Shown here piece after piece: positions 13,415-25,950 of a stretch of 64,000 bases of DNA (position 1 is the stretch's first letter; the number at the start of each line of letters is the position of its first letter). This stretch comes from Hydrolagus colliei (taxonomy: Eukaryota), in contig CM068749.1 of assembly GCA_035084275.1 (NCBI GenBank), positions 17,670,001-17,734,000 on the forward strand. The letters are read 5' to 3'. The notes below the pieces were generated by a model that did no database searches, had not been told where the DNA came from, and saw only the letters and a program-made list of their open reading frames with translations. A program made the position numbers and the translations under genes.

Positions 13415-13860
13415 TAGGTTACATCCAGAGGGCACTTGACTATAAAAATAAGTTATTCTAACTTGGAGAGATCAGTGAGAAGGTTACATTTGGAATACGG
13501 TTTGTAATTTTGGGCACTTTACTTTACCTTGATAAAGGACATTCTTGCATTAGAGAGAGTTCAGAGCAAAGAGGCAAGGATAGTTCTGGGACATCAGGCT
13601 CCCAATGTCCTCTTTGGGGTCGAGTGGAGCAGGATTAATGTTGAACATATCCAATTTATGCTGAACCTTATGCCATGAAGCATGTTTGTGAGGTGAAACA
13701 CAGAAAGCTCAATGTTAATTCATTGAAAAATAAATTGAGATACTCATGCTTGGGGGCTTTGAAATACTGAGAGACATTGTGAGGTGGTTATAAATATTTG
13801 GACAACTAGTTTTTTTTACAGTAGAGAATGTAGGTTTTAGACTATCAGGACAGGTATGGA
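13415..13860 (+). mobile_element. Degraded CR1 LINE ORF2 C-terminal fragment
   Basis: Peptides LGYIQRALDYKNK, RLHLEYG..FWA and KDILALERVQ match the CR1 RPHLEY..QFW.P..KD...LERVQ motif. Confidence 0.75.
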
Positions 13861-16800
13861 CTGCATTGCTGACATACGTAATGGGGCAATTGCAGCCATG
13901 AATAGTGACATTGTGAAGACAGATGAATATTCTATCTAGAATTGTGTTTGATCACCATTGGAGATCAGGAAATATTTATGCAGATCATTTCTTAAGCAAT
14001 ACATACAAGATCACTTTACCTCAAAACTAATGACAAAACTAGCACCATATATTATATTTAAAGATGAGATAATGAAGTATATCAAGCCTATTGGTATTGT
14101 TTCACTGCAAATGAATATTGACATTTAGATTATTTCTAAATTTGCTCATGTCACTTAATCTTATTCTGTGTACAGTGTCAGAAATGGCCCAGCATTGAAA
14201 GGGTAGGTACTGAAGTTGATGTCAGACTACCTTGGTAATTGATAACATTTCTCAAAGATATACGTTTAACAGCTCATCACCTAGACTTATTTTATTAAAC
14301 CATCTCATCATAAAAATTGATCTTAATACCTACCGCCACTGTGCCATTTGAAATTTTTCAATCTCACTTTACAAAAAACACTTCCATTCAAATTTTAGAA
14401 GTCAACCAACCACAGACATGATTGTGTTGGTAATGCTGTTGTTTTGCACACAATGACAAACGAGAAGGACATTGCTATTTGTGTGTTTGGCGACTCTGGA
14501 CAGAAGGTGTAACATCAGTGAAGTCAGTTGTTGCTCTATAGGAGGCTGAGTGCACTCTGTACATACTTGGTTAGGAATGGCTTTCTGACCTGCTCCGCAC
14601 CTGAGACTGCTGTCAGAAGATGACTGATGCCTGAAGAATTACAGTTAGCAAGAAAGTTCGAACCCTCTGGCAGCTTAATCATTTCCTCCCAGGTGGACAA
14701 AAAGATTATTTTAGATCTACCTTTTAAAACTGGGAGAGGCTTTTATTTTCCCCACAGCTACATGACATTCAGTCTTCATGTAAGTAATAACCTGGATGGC
14801 ATTTAGCTGGGCTCCGGATTCATCAGAAATGTAAGCTTCTGTCTGTTTGGAAAAGGCATTGTACATAAATATGTCCCCACGGACAGTTTTTCCAGAGGGC
14901 AAGGGCTTCATTTCAATGCCAACGAACAGAATCCAGAACAATGTGAACCTCCGAAATATATGATGGAGTCCGTGATGAGAAAATCACATCAATTCCTGTG
15001 GCATTTGGGTAACAATTTAAATCCTTCCATTTAATAGAATAAACAAGATCTTATTTCATTTGAATCTGGAAATGAAAATGAAATGAGCTTTGGGTATTGC
15101 ATTGCAATAAAATGAATAAAGCCTCGGCAAGAATTTGAACCACTTATTAACTTCCATTATTTTAGTGAAAAAGAGAGGTGGGCACGCTTAGAAAAGTAAA
15201 CACATCCTGTTTAGAATGACTCTGATGGAAAATAGAAGTGTTTGCCAAAGGGTCAATGGATATTTTTCGGGTGAGAAATCCAATTTTCAACCAAGTCTAA
15301 TAAAAGGATCACCTTTGCTACAAACAGCCTAAATGGATGGTAACTTCAGTGAGTGCTTTAAAACAAATTTATGTAATGTAACTTAAAGGCTGACAGTGCA
15401 ATGCAATTTTTATTTTTCTCGACCAGTTTGATGAGAGTATTAGATCAGGAGAGAGACCACAATTGGCATTCCCAAAGTTTGCTAGACAGTGCATGAGGTC
15501 TTAAGTCACTGTATCAAGTGCCCTTGCTTTGCAACCCATGTTTCTCAAGGCTCAGGCTATCGTATTAGGCAATAGTTTGCCAAGATACAATGTTCACTAG
15601 AAATTACATTGAGATTATCAGAAATCATTTCACTCCTGAGCCTTCAAAGTCACCAAAAGGAGCAAATCTTCTGTGAGCTGCATTTAAAGGTGAAGGACTG
15701 GCTCTGAGGCCGCAGCCTTAGCTCTCATTTATCGCATTTCGGCTTCTCATTTGCTGAAAAGATTTCAGCAGGAAAATTGGCCATAAGCCATTAAGTGAAA
15801 AAAGAAAGCTGGTTACAAATAAGCCATCCACCTGTCCATTTGGTTTCAACAGCTGATCAGAACATAGTACAAGAGAGCCTTTGATATCTCTTCCTGTTGA
15901 CAGCCTCTTGAATTAGTTCCTAAATGACAGGAATGGTAAGCAGCACTAGCCAGGTAGACAGTAAGACCACAGATAGCAACATGAGATCGCAAAACCTTCC
16001 TACCAGAGTTTGGCTCAATTACTATCTCCTGGTGGAGATGACAAAAGCCTAATCTAAGACCTTCCCTCAGGCTGAGTAAGTCATGGTCTGCATTGGAACG
16101 ACTTCTGTCAATAGGTTTCTTCTGCACTCTTCTAGGAGCTCGAGTTTCATCTGACAGGATCTATCTAAGCAACATGATGAGTGACAAAAATGAATCTGAG
16201 TCTCCAGAATGAAGCAGTTGTCAAAGGCTCATTCTCTGACAGTGAACTTCAGAAACAAGATTTATTTTTACAACAGGAACTTAATTTAAAAGCCAAATAC
16301 CATCAAATCAGTTTTTCTTACCCCCCAAAAAAGGTATGTTCATTTTACATTTTAAATGCTGTTTACAATAGTAGTCATCTAGAACACCAAGTCTATTTTG
16401 TGTGAAGGTGAGTCACTGGGCTCTGAACAGTACTAGTCATTTGAACAGTAATTTTATGCTGTTCTGCTATAAATAGGTCAACTCACAGGATGCCCAAAAT
16501 ATTTTGCAAAGTAAAATAAAGATATAAGTAAATGTGACGAAGTTGTAGATTTCAGCTGTGGCACGGGGTACACGATCCTATTTCGTGAGAACAAAGCTTC
16601 ACTGTGTTTATCTCAGTCAGTCAGACATACTCTTCCTGACAGTTGTTTTTGTTTGGTCAGTCGGGTGTGTGGCACAAGCAGAAACCCATTGCCGTGTTTA
16701 AAAGTTTGCCTGATTACCTATTCTGGAAAGTAATAGGTGCAGGTTGGTAACGGGCAAGGTCTGGGGACCCCAAAGTGTGCATTGGGGTAGATTGGGGTAC

Positions 16801-17582
16801 TATTGAAATTTAAACCGCTGAAACCTCATAGCTTGCTATTGAGCGCATCACCTGGCAAACTTTCCCACTGCTTGTCCAGCTCGGACCACCCTTCCCATTA
16901 GAGCTTTGGTTTGTACGGTTAATGCGAGCCAAGTGCAAAATGTGCCTCCCCTAGGGCTGTTCTGCCCTTCCAAATCTTACTGATGAGCCAGTCTGGCTGT
17001 GCTGTCATCAGCACTGCCTTGGAGTATACTGTTTATAGTCACCAATTGATAGTCTCAAAAGCCATCTGATTCATGTGAATACCCAGGCATCTGGGAGGAG
17101 CGAGGAAACAGTCTTTAACTTATTTAGTATTTTGTGTTTTGTCTTTAACTTATGTTCTCAGGAGAATGCATAGAGGAGGAAATAGTAAACCAAAAACTTG
17201 AATTGAGAAGTACTGTACTGCTAATGAAATAACTATATTGGAATTGAAAATGGCCAGTATTGATTTATACCAATGGTAGAGGTGGGAAATCAATTGTAAA
17301 ATTCATTCCCAATTTTCAGAACGTGTCTTCATCACCACTGGATACAGGTCAAAATGAAATACATTTATTACTATGAAATTCTGAATGTAGTTACCATAGA
17401 CCACAATCCACCGTTAATTAGATTTTTTATACCATTCCCGTTATTTCAGTACAAAATATTTGGGACTCTCATTGGTTTGGTTTCACATAATTATACGTTT
17501 CCAAGGAGTTTCCAACTCCCACAACTGTTGTTGAGCTTCATACTGTAATATGATTTAACTGTAACTCCATCTTACATGTAGT

Positions 17583-17682
17583 CTCAACAACAGAGATTGC
17601 TGGGAACGTTTAGCAGGTCAGGCATGATATATGGAGAAAGGAAAGTGGGTCAAAGTTTTGGGTCCATTACCTTTCATCATTA
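17583..17682 (-). mobile_element. Degenerate shark-type Penelope-derived repeat
   Basis: TGCTGGGAACGTTTAGCAGGTCAGGCA...AAGTTTTGGGTCCATTACCTTTCATCA resembles the common chondrichthyan repeat (from memory). Confidence 0.5.
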
Positions 17683-18824
17683 GTGTTTTGATTTTGTTAA
17701 ACTCCGTCCTATTTTCTCTAAAATAGCCTACAAGAAATTACATTTTTACAGCGCTCTTTGTGTCGGAAGGATGTCCCAAGGTACTGGGATAGATCCTTAT
17801 ACTGTAGATATTTTGTTATCTGATGCTTATTTTATCCTGAATTTTAAAACTTTTTCTACTTGGAGATACAAATTGGACTATTGGACTGGAATCAATTTTC
17901 AAATGGATAAATACAAATTCCTATAATTTTCACTATATACATGCTCACAGTACATAACTGGAGTCAGAAAACATTAAGAGCTATTAAAAAGCACATTAAT
18001 TTGTCCTATTCAATTGCACTGGCTCTGTATTGGTATTTCAAATACAGAAAGCCCTATTTTCCACCAGCTAGGCTGTTAAAATGAATTTGTTTTATTCACC
18101 ACCACACAAACATATTTATGTTTGAAGTTCTAAACATATACCCATCATTCAAAATACATGTACTTTCCATGTGCTTTCACATTATAATTTAATTACTGTT
18201 TGATCATAGGTTGCATGCATTCACTTGCTATGTCAGACAGACAAAATTATCACCCACAGCCTTGTACCATTTACCATAGTTTTAGAAGTGTCATCTTTTA
18301 GGTTCTGTAACCCTGACACTATATATAATTTCCTATTGCATTTCCAATAAAGTAAATCTAGCTAAAACTGTACTGCATGACCTTTGGATTAATAGCACAG
18401 CCTCTTGGCTGTCAGACTAATAGAGGGCTTGGGGAATTGGAACGACTCATCCACTAGTGATAGAATTTCTCCTTTTGTCTTTCTTTGTACACTAATGGAT
18501 TTTTGTCAGTCTCTTTCATTCAATTGGTGACACATGTACCTGCTCCACTTCAGTTGTCCGTTAACTGTTAGCATTATGACAAAAAGGAGGAAAAAAAACA
18601 CTTACAAAATAGATGTGAATGAAATCCTCACAAATTATATTTCTCCAATAATCAGGCTTTACGGCTTCTTTATGAAGTATGGGTTAAACATTAAAAGATT
18701 GTATGAGCCCGTTCTTCAGCTTCAAGTCCTGTACTTTAGGCAGCAGAGATTAATTTTTAAATTACGTTATTGCAGTGAAATCAAGTATTTTTGCAACGTA
18801 TTTTTTCTTCAACACAGTTAAAAA

Positions 18825-19000
18825 AAATTGGTCACTTCAATCCACGACTGTTTGCGGGGCACTACTGTGCACAATTGGCTGCCGCATTTCACCCATAAAA
18901 TACATTCAATTCACTTTACAGTGTATTTCATGAAGCTCTATGAGACGTCCCAAAGGCGTGATAAGGCTCTATATTAAATGCAAGGCTTATTATTATTATT
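18825..19000 (+). mobile_element. Headless Deu-domain SINE
   Basis: GGTCACTTCAATCCACGACTGTTTG...AAATGCAAGGCTTATTATTATT, same family as 46301-46606. Confidence 0.9.
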
Positions 19001-19609
19001 AAGCCACACTATGATCCAGTACAGGAAAACTACCATGGTTCCACAGGACTGAACCACATGTTTACCTTGCTTCCACAGAACTGCAATTTTCCACCCAAAA
19101 GTAAATAGGATCCATTAAATTAATCTTATTGCTACACAATTTGTATGTACAGTATTATGTTAATGTAACATGAAATCTAGCAAAGACCTTTATGCCAGAT
19201 GTAGTTAATTAGTTTTATGAAGGCACTAACCTACAATTTATTTCTACACAAAGAAGTTTAATTTACTGTTTCAGGCACCTTTGCAATACTGATTTACACA
19301 ATGCAACAGTTATTTTCAAATATATACTTTTCTCAGCATGATCCATCGAGAAAACTAAACATTTCATTACACTAAACGCCTTGTTCATAATTAATATTGG
19401 TTTCCACTGTCTTTAATGTCTATGTTTTGATAGAATCATGCAAGTGTCTGTTCAACTAATAAACAAAATGTGCAAGGACGGTTAATTAATTAAATAGTTC
19501 AGGGAGAGTATCAGTAGCACATTAAGCACAAAGCTATAAGCAGAAATATTAGACTTATTTCTCTATCCTCAAAGAATATGAAGAGATCAGAAATGTGGCA
19601 GTCATTTGC

Positions 19610-19880
19610 AAGATGCAGCAAATGGCCTTGAGGTGAATGATCAATTGATGTGGAGCATTGTCTGCCAGAATTCTACAAGAAACTTCCTTGTTCTTCAAGT
19701 AATGTCAGGGGATCTGAAACGTTCAAGACCAACAGGAACGGACCTTAGTGTAATGTCTCATCTGAAAGTCTGCACCTCCAACAATGTGACACTCCCAGCG
19801 CTGGACTGAAGTGTCAGCAAAGCTCAAGGTCCAACTCAGGGGTTGAACCCTCAACTCTCTGGCTTCAATACTAAGTAATC
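19610..19880 (-). mobile_element. Older Deu-domain (SacSINE/AmnSINE-like) SINE
   Basis: Reverse complement contains TTCAGATGAGACATTACACTAAGGTCC...AGATCCCCTGACATTACTTGAAGAACAAGG, a Deu-like core, plus a degenerate tRNA-like head. Confidence 0.6.
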
Positions 19881-19977
19881 AAAAACTAAGTAAACAACAA
19901 ATATATTAAGCGCAGTAGCCTCTATTGGTACAGCATTCATTGAAAAACATGATAATTATAATTATGAATTTATTTAT

Positions 19978-20182
19978 TGAGCAAAATGCAGCAGCCAATT
20001 GTGCACAGCAGCGTCCCACGAACAGTCGTGGATTGGAATGACAATTCATTGTTGGTTTTTTGAGTGATTATTATCAGGCATGTGGAGTAAGGAAACTTGC
20101 CCAAGGTTTCGCCCTCCCAGGAATCAAACCCAGGTCTCTTGCTTGTAAGGCGAGTGCTCTAACCTTTGAGCTACAGGACTCC
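19978..20182 (-). mobile_element. tRNA-headed SINE lacking its 3' tail
   Basis: Head GGAGTCCTGTAGCTCAAAGGTTAGAGCACTCGCCTTACAAGCAAGAGACCTGGGTTTGATTCC has A and B boxes and is nearly the same as 46500-46606. Confidence 0.9.
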
Positions 20183-20564
20183 ACGATTGTCAAAGTGATT
20201 TCTTTATCCGCTGGTAGGTGAGAATTGTAAAATAATTCACAGAAATCATTGGTCATTAAGTAGTTACAATTGGATATCTCAAAGCTGTGGAGGATGTTGT
20301 GGTTTCTGGTGACCATTGGTATTTGCTGTTTCCCTTATGTTCACTGAGTAATCTTTCTAATCCTCTTTATGATGAACTGATTACCTCCCTGATCCCCCCT
20401 ACCTCTTTGCTTCACCTACTGCTTTGTCCCATTACATTAATGGTTTTGCTAACAGTATTTGCTAGATCAGAAAGAGCAGGTACCAACTTAAGCTTGATGG
20501 CGCAAATGACCTCCTTCTTTACTAAAATAGTACTTGTATTTTGATTTCAGTTTTTGTTACATAT

Positions 20565-20830
20565 AAACATCTCAAAGCATTTTACACAGTAAGCTGCTTT
20601 TGTAAATGTATAGAGTGTTATTTCCAGAATAAATAACTGTCAACATGTGCCAATAACATCTCACAAGTACCAATAAGTTGAACGACAAATTAAAGTGATT
20701 TTTAGTGATTTAACAAAAGGAAATTAGGCAGGAAATCAGGAGAACTCCCCACTCCTCTTTGAAATAGTGGTGTAGGATTTTTAATGTCTATTCGACGAGG
20801 CAGATTAGACTTGGGTTACATCTCATCACT
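20565..20830 (-). mobile_element. Old Deu-domain SINE
   Basis: ACATCTCAAAGCATTTTACA tail and CTCCCCACTCCTCTTTGAAATAGTGGTGTAGGATTTTTAATGTC core in reverse orientation. Confidence 0.55.
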
Positions 20831-23800
20831 CTTCTCAGACTATGGCTCTGGTATTCCTCACTCTCCTTTTAATTGTGGATTGCTGAAGGGAGGACAGTGT
20901 AGGTTCAAAACTGACAGATGTGTCAAGGTCGTCAATACACATGTCCTGAACTGTTCTTTCTAAAGCACACAGCTTATGGATCATGTTTGTGCTAACTAGT
21001 TTTGAACAGGCCCTTTTTAATGTCAAAGGTTTCATGTTCTCCCTCTGTTTGAAATCATTTCCAGCAGCTCTTTAATTTCCTGCTCCACTTCTGAACTAAT
21101 ATACATGAATTGGTCAATCTCTACCCATGTCTTTCAGGGCACTTCACTCTGATTTGGGATATTGTACACCAGTTCCTGAGACCTTGGCCATGTACCATAT
21201 TACATCTGCCAGCAGAACCTTTGTGTCTCTCCCACTAATGAGCCTTCCTCCTCCCTCTGGACACAGAGCTTAATGGCCTACTACCACTCTTTTTAACGGC
21301 GTAGCATTCTGTGGGCCTTGTTCTTGACACCACCTGATTAGAGCTCCCTGTGGCTAATTTCCATACATTATAATGTCATTTGCAGCACTTTTAACTGCAG
21401 CACGTGAATGGAAAATACAAAAATGCCTCAATGTAAATTACCTTGACCAGAACACCAGATACATCATCACACAGGTGCAAAACATGTCAGCACATCATAT
21501 ATAAGTCAACACATTGAAAAAGAATGCTATTTGGTCCATTATTAATGAGATGTGTTAATGGTGTTTGTTTAAACATTTTCAATCATAATTTCTACTGTTA
21601 ATAAGCCTAATGGAATCTCAACCCTAATAAAAAAATTCTGCGCTGAGGGGGATTTTAGATTTAGAGCTCCATAATGAGCTTATCCTAATGGTTTGACTAC
21701 AAGAAAAACGTCGCCACATGGTTTCTTTTAAATGGTCTAACTTATTTTGGGCTTAAAATAGACTTTAAGAAAGTATTAAGCTATAACTAGTTACTCGATC
21801 AAAACTGCAGTTTTTATACCAATTCCCCATTCTCAGAAGACTGGGAGCTTTCAGGGATGATGTCTCCACACCGCATAGCCTTGGTGCTTTTCCAATGCAG
21901 ATTGAGAACATAGCAGAGTGGGCAATCAAGCTTGTGTTCTACTTTCCGGTACCACATGTGCATGACAATGCTCCAACCCACAACATTGCTGTGATAGTTT
22001 CCCACTATAGCTTTTAGAACTAAAAGAAATCATCCTTCACAATCCTGATATTAAAACACACTTAGATGTAGGCTGTGCATTGCGAATGTCATGCCTCAGT
22101 GCTCCAGCTAACTTAGAAAAGAGACTCAGCGTGACGATAGCAATTCCAAATCGGAGGCCAGCGACAGGTCACTACGTTTTAAAACATTATTTATAAGGAG
22201 AGTACAGTTAGCAAAATAATTATAAATTTAAGCAAATTAATTATCTAAAAAATGCAGCGCTATGTATTTGCAGGTGACGTTTTTGCATCAGTTATAGAAT
22301 ATTATCCTGGAGTAGACCTCTGAGGTTTAGAGTGAGACTTTTCCCAATTAATTATAAATGGGGGGGAAATTCAGCCTTAATCACTTAAAGAAAAGTATTT
22401 CTCAGCCATCTTCTTTTTATGCATTACAGTTCCTGTTAATTGGAAAGCATAAAGCTCTTATTGCATGACATTGACATCATTCTGGGCAGTTGGAGGGCAT
22501 ACTCCTGATGACGCATCAGTGGGAAACACAAAACGTTTGTTCCTCGGCTGTTTCTTAGCAGAAATTTTAATCCATAAACCATTGTGGCAAAGAGAAACTG
22601 ATGCTTAGTTCATCCTGTACTTGGGACAGCCCTAGTACTTTTAGAGGTCTAAATTACTGTAGTTGTAATGCTATTTTTGAACCAGTTGCATTCAATTTAA
22701 CATTTGCAAAGCTCCATTTAAACTCGGCAATATGTGATTTCAGAGTAGGAAATATAAATCAGTCTTCGTGCTCTTAATTGGTTCACTGACAACTGTGCAG
22801 TATCTAAGATTGTACAATATTTAATTAGAATTCTACTTTTCTTCCCACAACCATTCCCAATCAATTACCCCATAACCTAAATAAGAGCAAAAATACTACA
22901 TAGAAATAGGTAACTTCCCGTATACTTAAAGCTCACATTTTCCCCCCCCACTCCATGGCTTGTAAACAAATCAATTGGAATTCTACATTAGTCTTCAGTT
23001 CTCCCTAGGTTATACAGCATAATTGAATTGAGAAACGTATAGATAAGTGAATCTCAAAATCTCTTGGTCAATGCTGCTCCGTAACTCACCCCTAGGAGGT
23101 ACAAATATAATGTCCCAATAAAGACATTAGTCCATTGATTACAACTTATTGATGTGATAAGTCTGCTTTTGTTGTGTTCAGAAAATGATTGCTTTATGCA
23201 GAGTTCAATGCATAGTAGTTTAAAATAACATGGTGAGGGATCACTGATCACCACTGCATTTAGTTTGCAAGCAGTCAGTTGTCGTAAATCGTGGTTGATA
23301 CCAGATTTATAAGCTTTTTTTATGTCCTTATAAGTGGAGGTGAAGTTTTACAGGGTGTTACATTAAAGGATTAGATGTAGTAATTTTCACATGCTAGATT
23401 CATTTTGTCAGCATAGATACATTAAAATCATCAGGTTTTCAAAACCCTTTGAAAATAGAATTATTTGTTCAAACTAGAACTCTATAATAAAGATGAAGAT
23501 TGGACAGTGCTGTAGCAGAATTCACTGCAGGCTTAATTTAATTCCAACCATCGTTTTAACAATGTTTAAAATTAAAAATGTATTTGCTGTCTGAAAATGA
23601 ATGGTAAATCAGGATCTAGTGTAATAGAATTACTGCTGCTTTGTCTGAACTTCTAACCTTGACAGATTTATCTTCCTATCAATTCTCTTATCTAGTCAAC
23701 TAGCATTGAACCCTTCATTGGGTTGTTCCATTGCAGTCCAATCATTGTCTTTGAAAAACAAATTCTGGTGAATAAAGAAGGAGATTAATTTATCATTAAG

Positions 23801-24124
23801 GCTCTGCTTAATTGAAGTCAATTCTGAACAAACTTGAATTCAATTTCTGCTCATTAAACTGAATGCGCTCTGCTTTTCTCCCTGTGTTGCTTTGAGCAAG
23901 CAGCTGAGGACAAGGGCTGAACATCAGAATTATTAAATTGAGTTTATTTTATTTCGTCGTCACATGCCAGAGCTGCTTTGATGAGGACATTTTTGGCACA
24001 TAAAGGCAGAAGAGCAGCTGGAGTAAAAAAAATCAAATGAAACGAAGCCTTGGAAAATAGAAGAAAGTGTGAGCTTAATAATATTTAATAATTGAATTTC
24101 CACAAACAATAGCAGCAAATGAAG

Positions 24125-24288
24125 NNNNNNNNNNNNNNNNNNNNNNNNNNNNNNNNNNNNNNNNNNNNNNNNNNNNNNNNNNNNNNNNNNNNNNNNNNNN
24201 NNNNNNNNNNNNNNNNNNNNNNNNNNNNNNNNNNNNNNNNNNNNNNNNNNNNNNNNNNNNNNNNNNNNNNNNNNNNNNNNNNNNNNNN
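24125..24288. other. Assembly gap (164 N)
   Basis: Run of N; the right flank GAGAGTGTG suggests a collapsed microsatellite. Confidence 1.
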
Positions 24289-25492
24289 GAGAGTGTGATT
24301 AACCGCGCCAGGGACTGCAACAGTAGGCAAGCTGCCCTCTCAGCTCCAAGCTCTCTTTGCTGGCAGGTGCTGCAGGCTGCATATCATACAGAGTAACCCT
24401 AGAGAAAGTAGCCTGACATACAGAGCAATTCAGCTTTGGCCTACAGTCAGTGTTTCAAAGCCTTTGCTGATGCAAGCATGTTGTCTCGCCTATTACTGTG
24501 CATATAATGTAGTATTTTACTAATCTCAATCATTGTCCTATCTGAGCGTAAATAAAATGGAATGGCAAGTATATTAGTTATAGTTCAATGCCAATTTAGA
24601 AATCAAGGAATTGAATACAAATAATCCCCTTTCACTTTATTAGAATCTGTTCTTTTGGGTGATGTATCCTTCAACAAATTGTAAATGACGTTTGATATCA
24701 TTTTCTTGTTATATTAGCATTCAGTTTAAAAGTGGATCAATCTTCCAAGGGAGAAGAATATTAAAATTAAGGCGGTGATTTACAAGCCATTTTTCTGGTC
24801 AAAAGTACACACAAGTATGAAAATACCAAACTACCATCTAAAAGAGTAATTTGGTATTGGCCGCATGATAAGATTGATGTTAAAGGACATTTGATCGGTA
24901 GAAATATTGAAAATGAAGAAAAATGGTTGACCCATAATTTGCTTGAACACTTTATTAGCACAAATCTTAGAACAAATATCAACTGTGTTTTGTTTTGATA
25001 ATATTAGCGTCAGAAGGACAGGACAAAGAGAAGGACAGGGAATTCAATAATCATAGGCTTGAATCTGCTCTGACATTTCTGATCTTTACTGGAGTTTGAC
25101 CTTAACCATTGGCATTTCAGAGTGCATTGAATAGAAATAGGTTGTGCATGGAAAAATATTGGATTTTAAGCAGGACCTGATCCCATCATACCTATTCTTA
25201 AACCTTCCAACATGTTGATTAGTTTATTTATCTAGGTACCATTTGACTCTGGGAACCAGTAATGCACTTTCTACCAAGTTTTTGCACAATAAAATTAGCA
25301 AAGATTGATTCGGTCACAGCTGTGATACCCAGACATGAATGGCACAAAGCACTGGATGAAAGATTCAAGGGAAGAAATAATGTATATTTAAAATGTATAT
25401 GGGTGAGGAATACAAAATAAGAGGGAGTAGAAAACATCTTCTTTTTTCTCAATTAACCAGTTGTCTGGTACATGTGGTATTCATCAACATGC

Positions 25493-25554
25493 TTCAACGC
25501 CTTGAGATGTCCTCCCAACGTGAAAGGCACTCTACAAATGTAATTTTGTTGTTG
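25493..25554 (+). mobile_element. Tail-only L2 insertion
   Basis: GCCTTGAGATGTCCTCCCAACGTGAAAGGCACTCTACAAATGTAATTTTGTTGTTG. Confidence 0.85.
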
Positions 25555-25589
25555 CAGTAAGAGTATCCAAACCAAACTGAGAGTTCGAA

Positions 25590-25950
25590 GTATGCCATCT
25601 ACACATCAACGTTTCCTTTTGTCGAGAATGGAACGTTCACTCTCTCCAGAGGGAGGCACCCTCCTGACCTCATTCTAGAACCTGCTAAGGCGCATGTGGG
25701 TAAGAGTAAACCTGGGACCTCAAATTGTGTGTTGGTGTATAACTGGAGTTTAAGCAGCTAAAGCTGTTATAGCCAGCCATTGTGAATATTCTCTGGCAAA
25801 GTTCCTGCTGCTTCTCTAGCGAAGACTACCCTACATGCTCGAGCTTTAGTTTGCAGGGTTAACAAGAGCTCAGTGGGAACAATCCCTGACCCCAGTGACT
25901 ACTCTGATCCTTCAAGTGCTGTCAACGTGCCAGGCTGACTGGCTCTCTCA
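25590..25950 (+). mobile_element. Ancient LF-SINE-like relic (3' half)
   Basis: CACTCTCTCCAGAGGGAGGCACCCTCC...ATGTGGGG...GTGCTGTCAA recall the LF-SINE 3' half; heavily diverged. Confidence 0.35.

Noticed and set aside
16174-16240. C/D-box snoRNA-like pattern (ATGATGA...CTGA...CTGA)
   Set aside because: No terminal stem, no guide complementarity recognised, and antisense to the inferred host gene.
19694-19716. miR-26-like seed TTCAAGTAAT
   Set aside because: It lies inside a SINE with no precursor hairpin, and the rest of the mature sequence does not match.
20110-20182. tRNA-Val(TAC)-like sequence (also 46535-46606)
   Set aside because: It is a SINE head: poor acceptor stem and continuous with the SINE body.
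20835-21035. 66-aa ORF with coiled-coil-like text
   Set aside because: No splice support; at best a decayed LINE ORF1 relic that I cannot confirm.
22505-22545. CTGATGA...GAAAC hammerhead-like core
   Set aside because: Stem II and stem I cannot form; it is just a CTGATG/CATCAG mini-hairpin.
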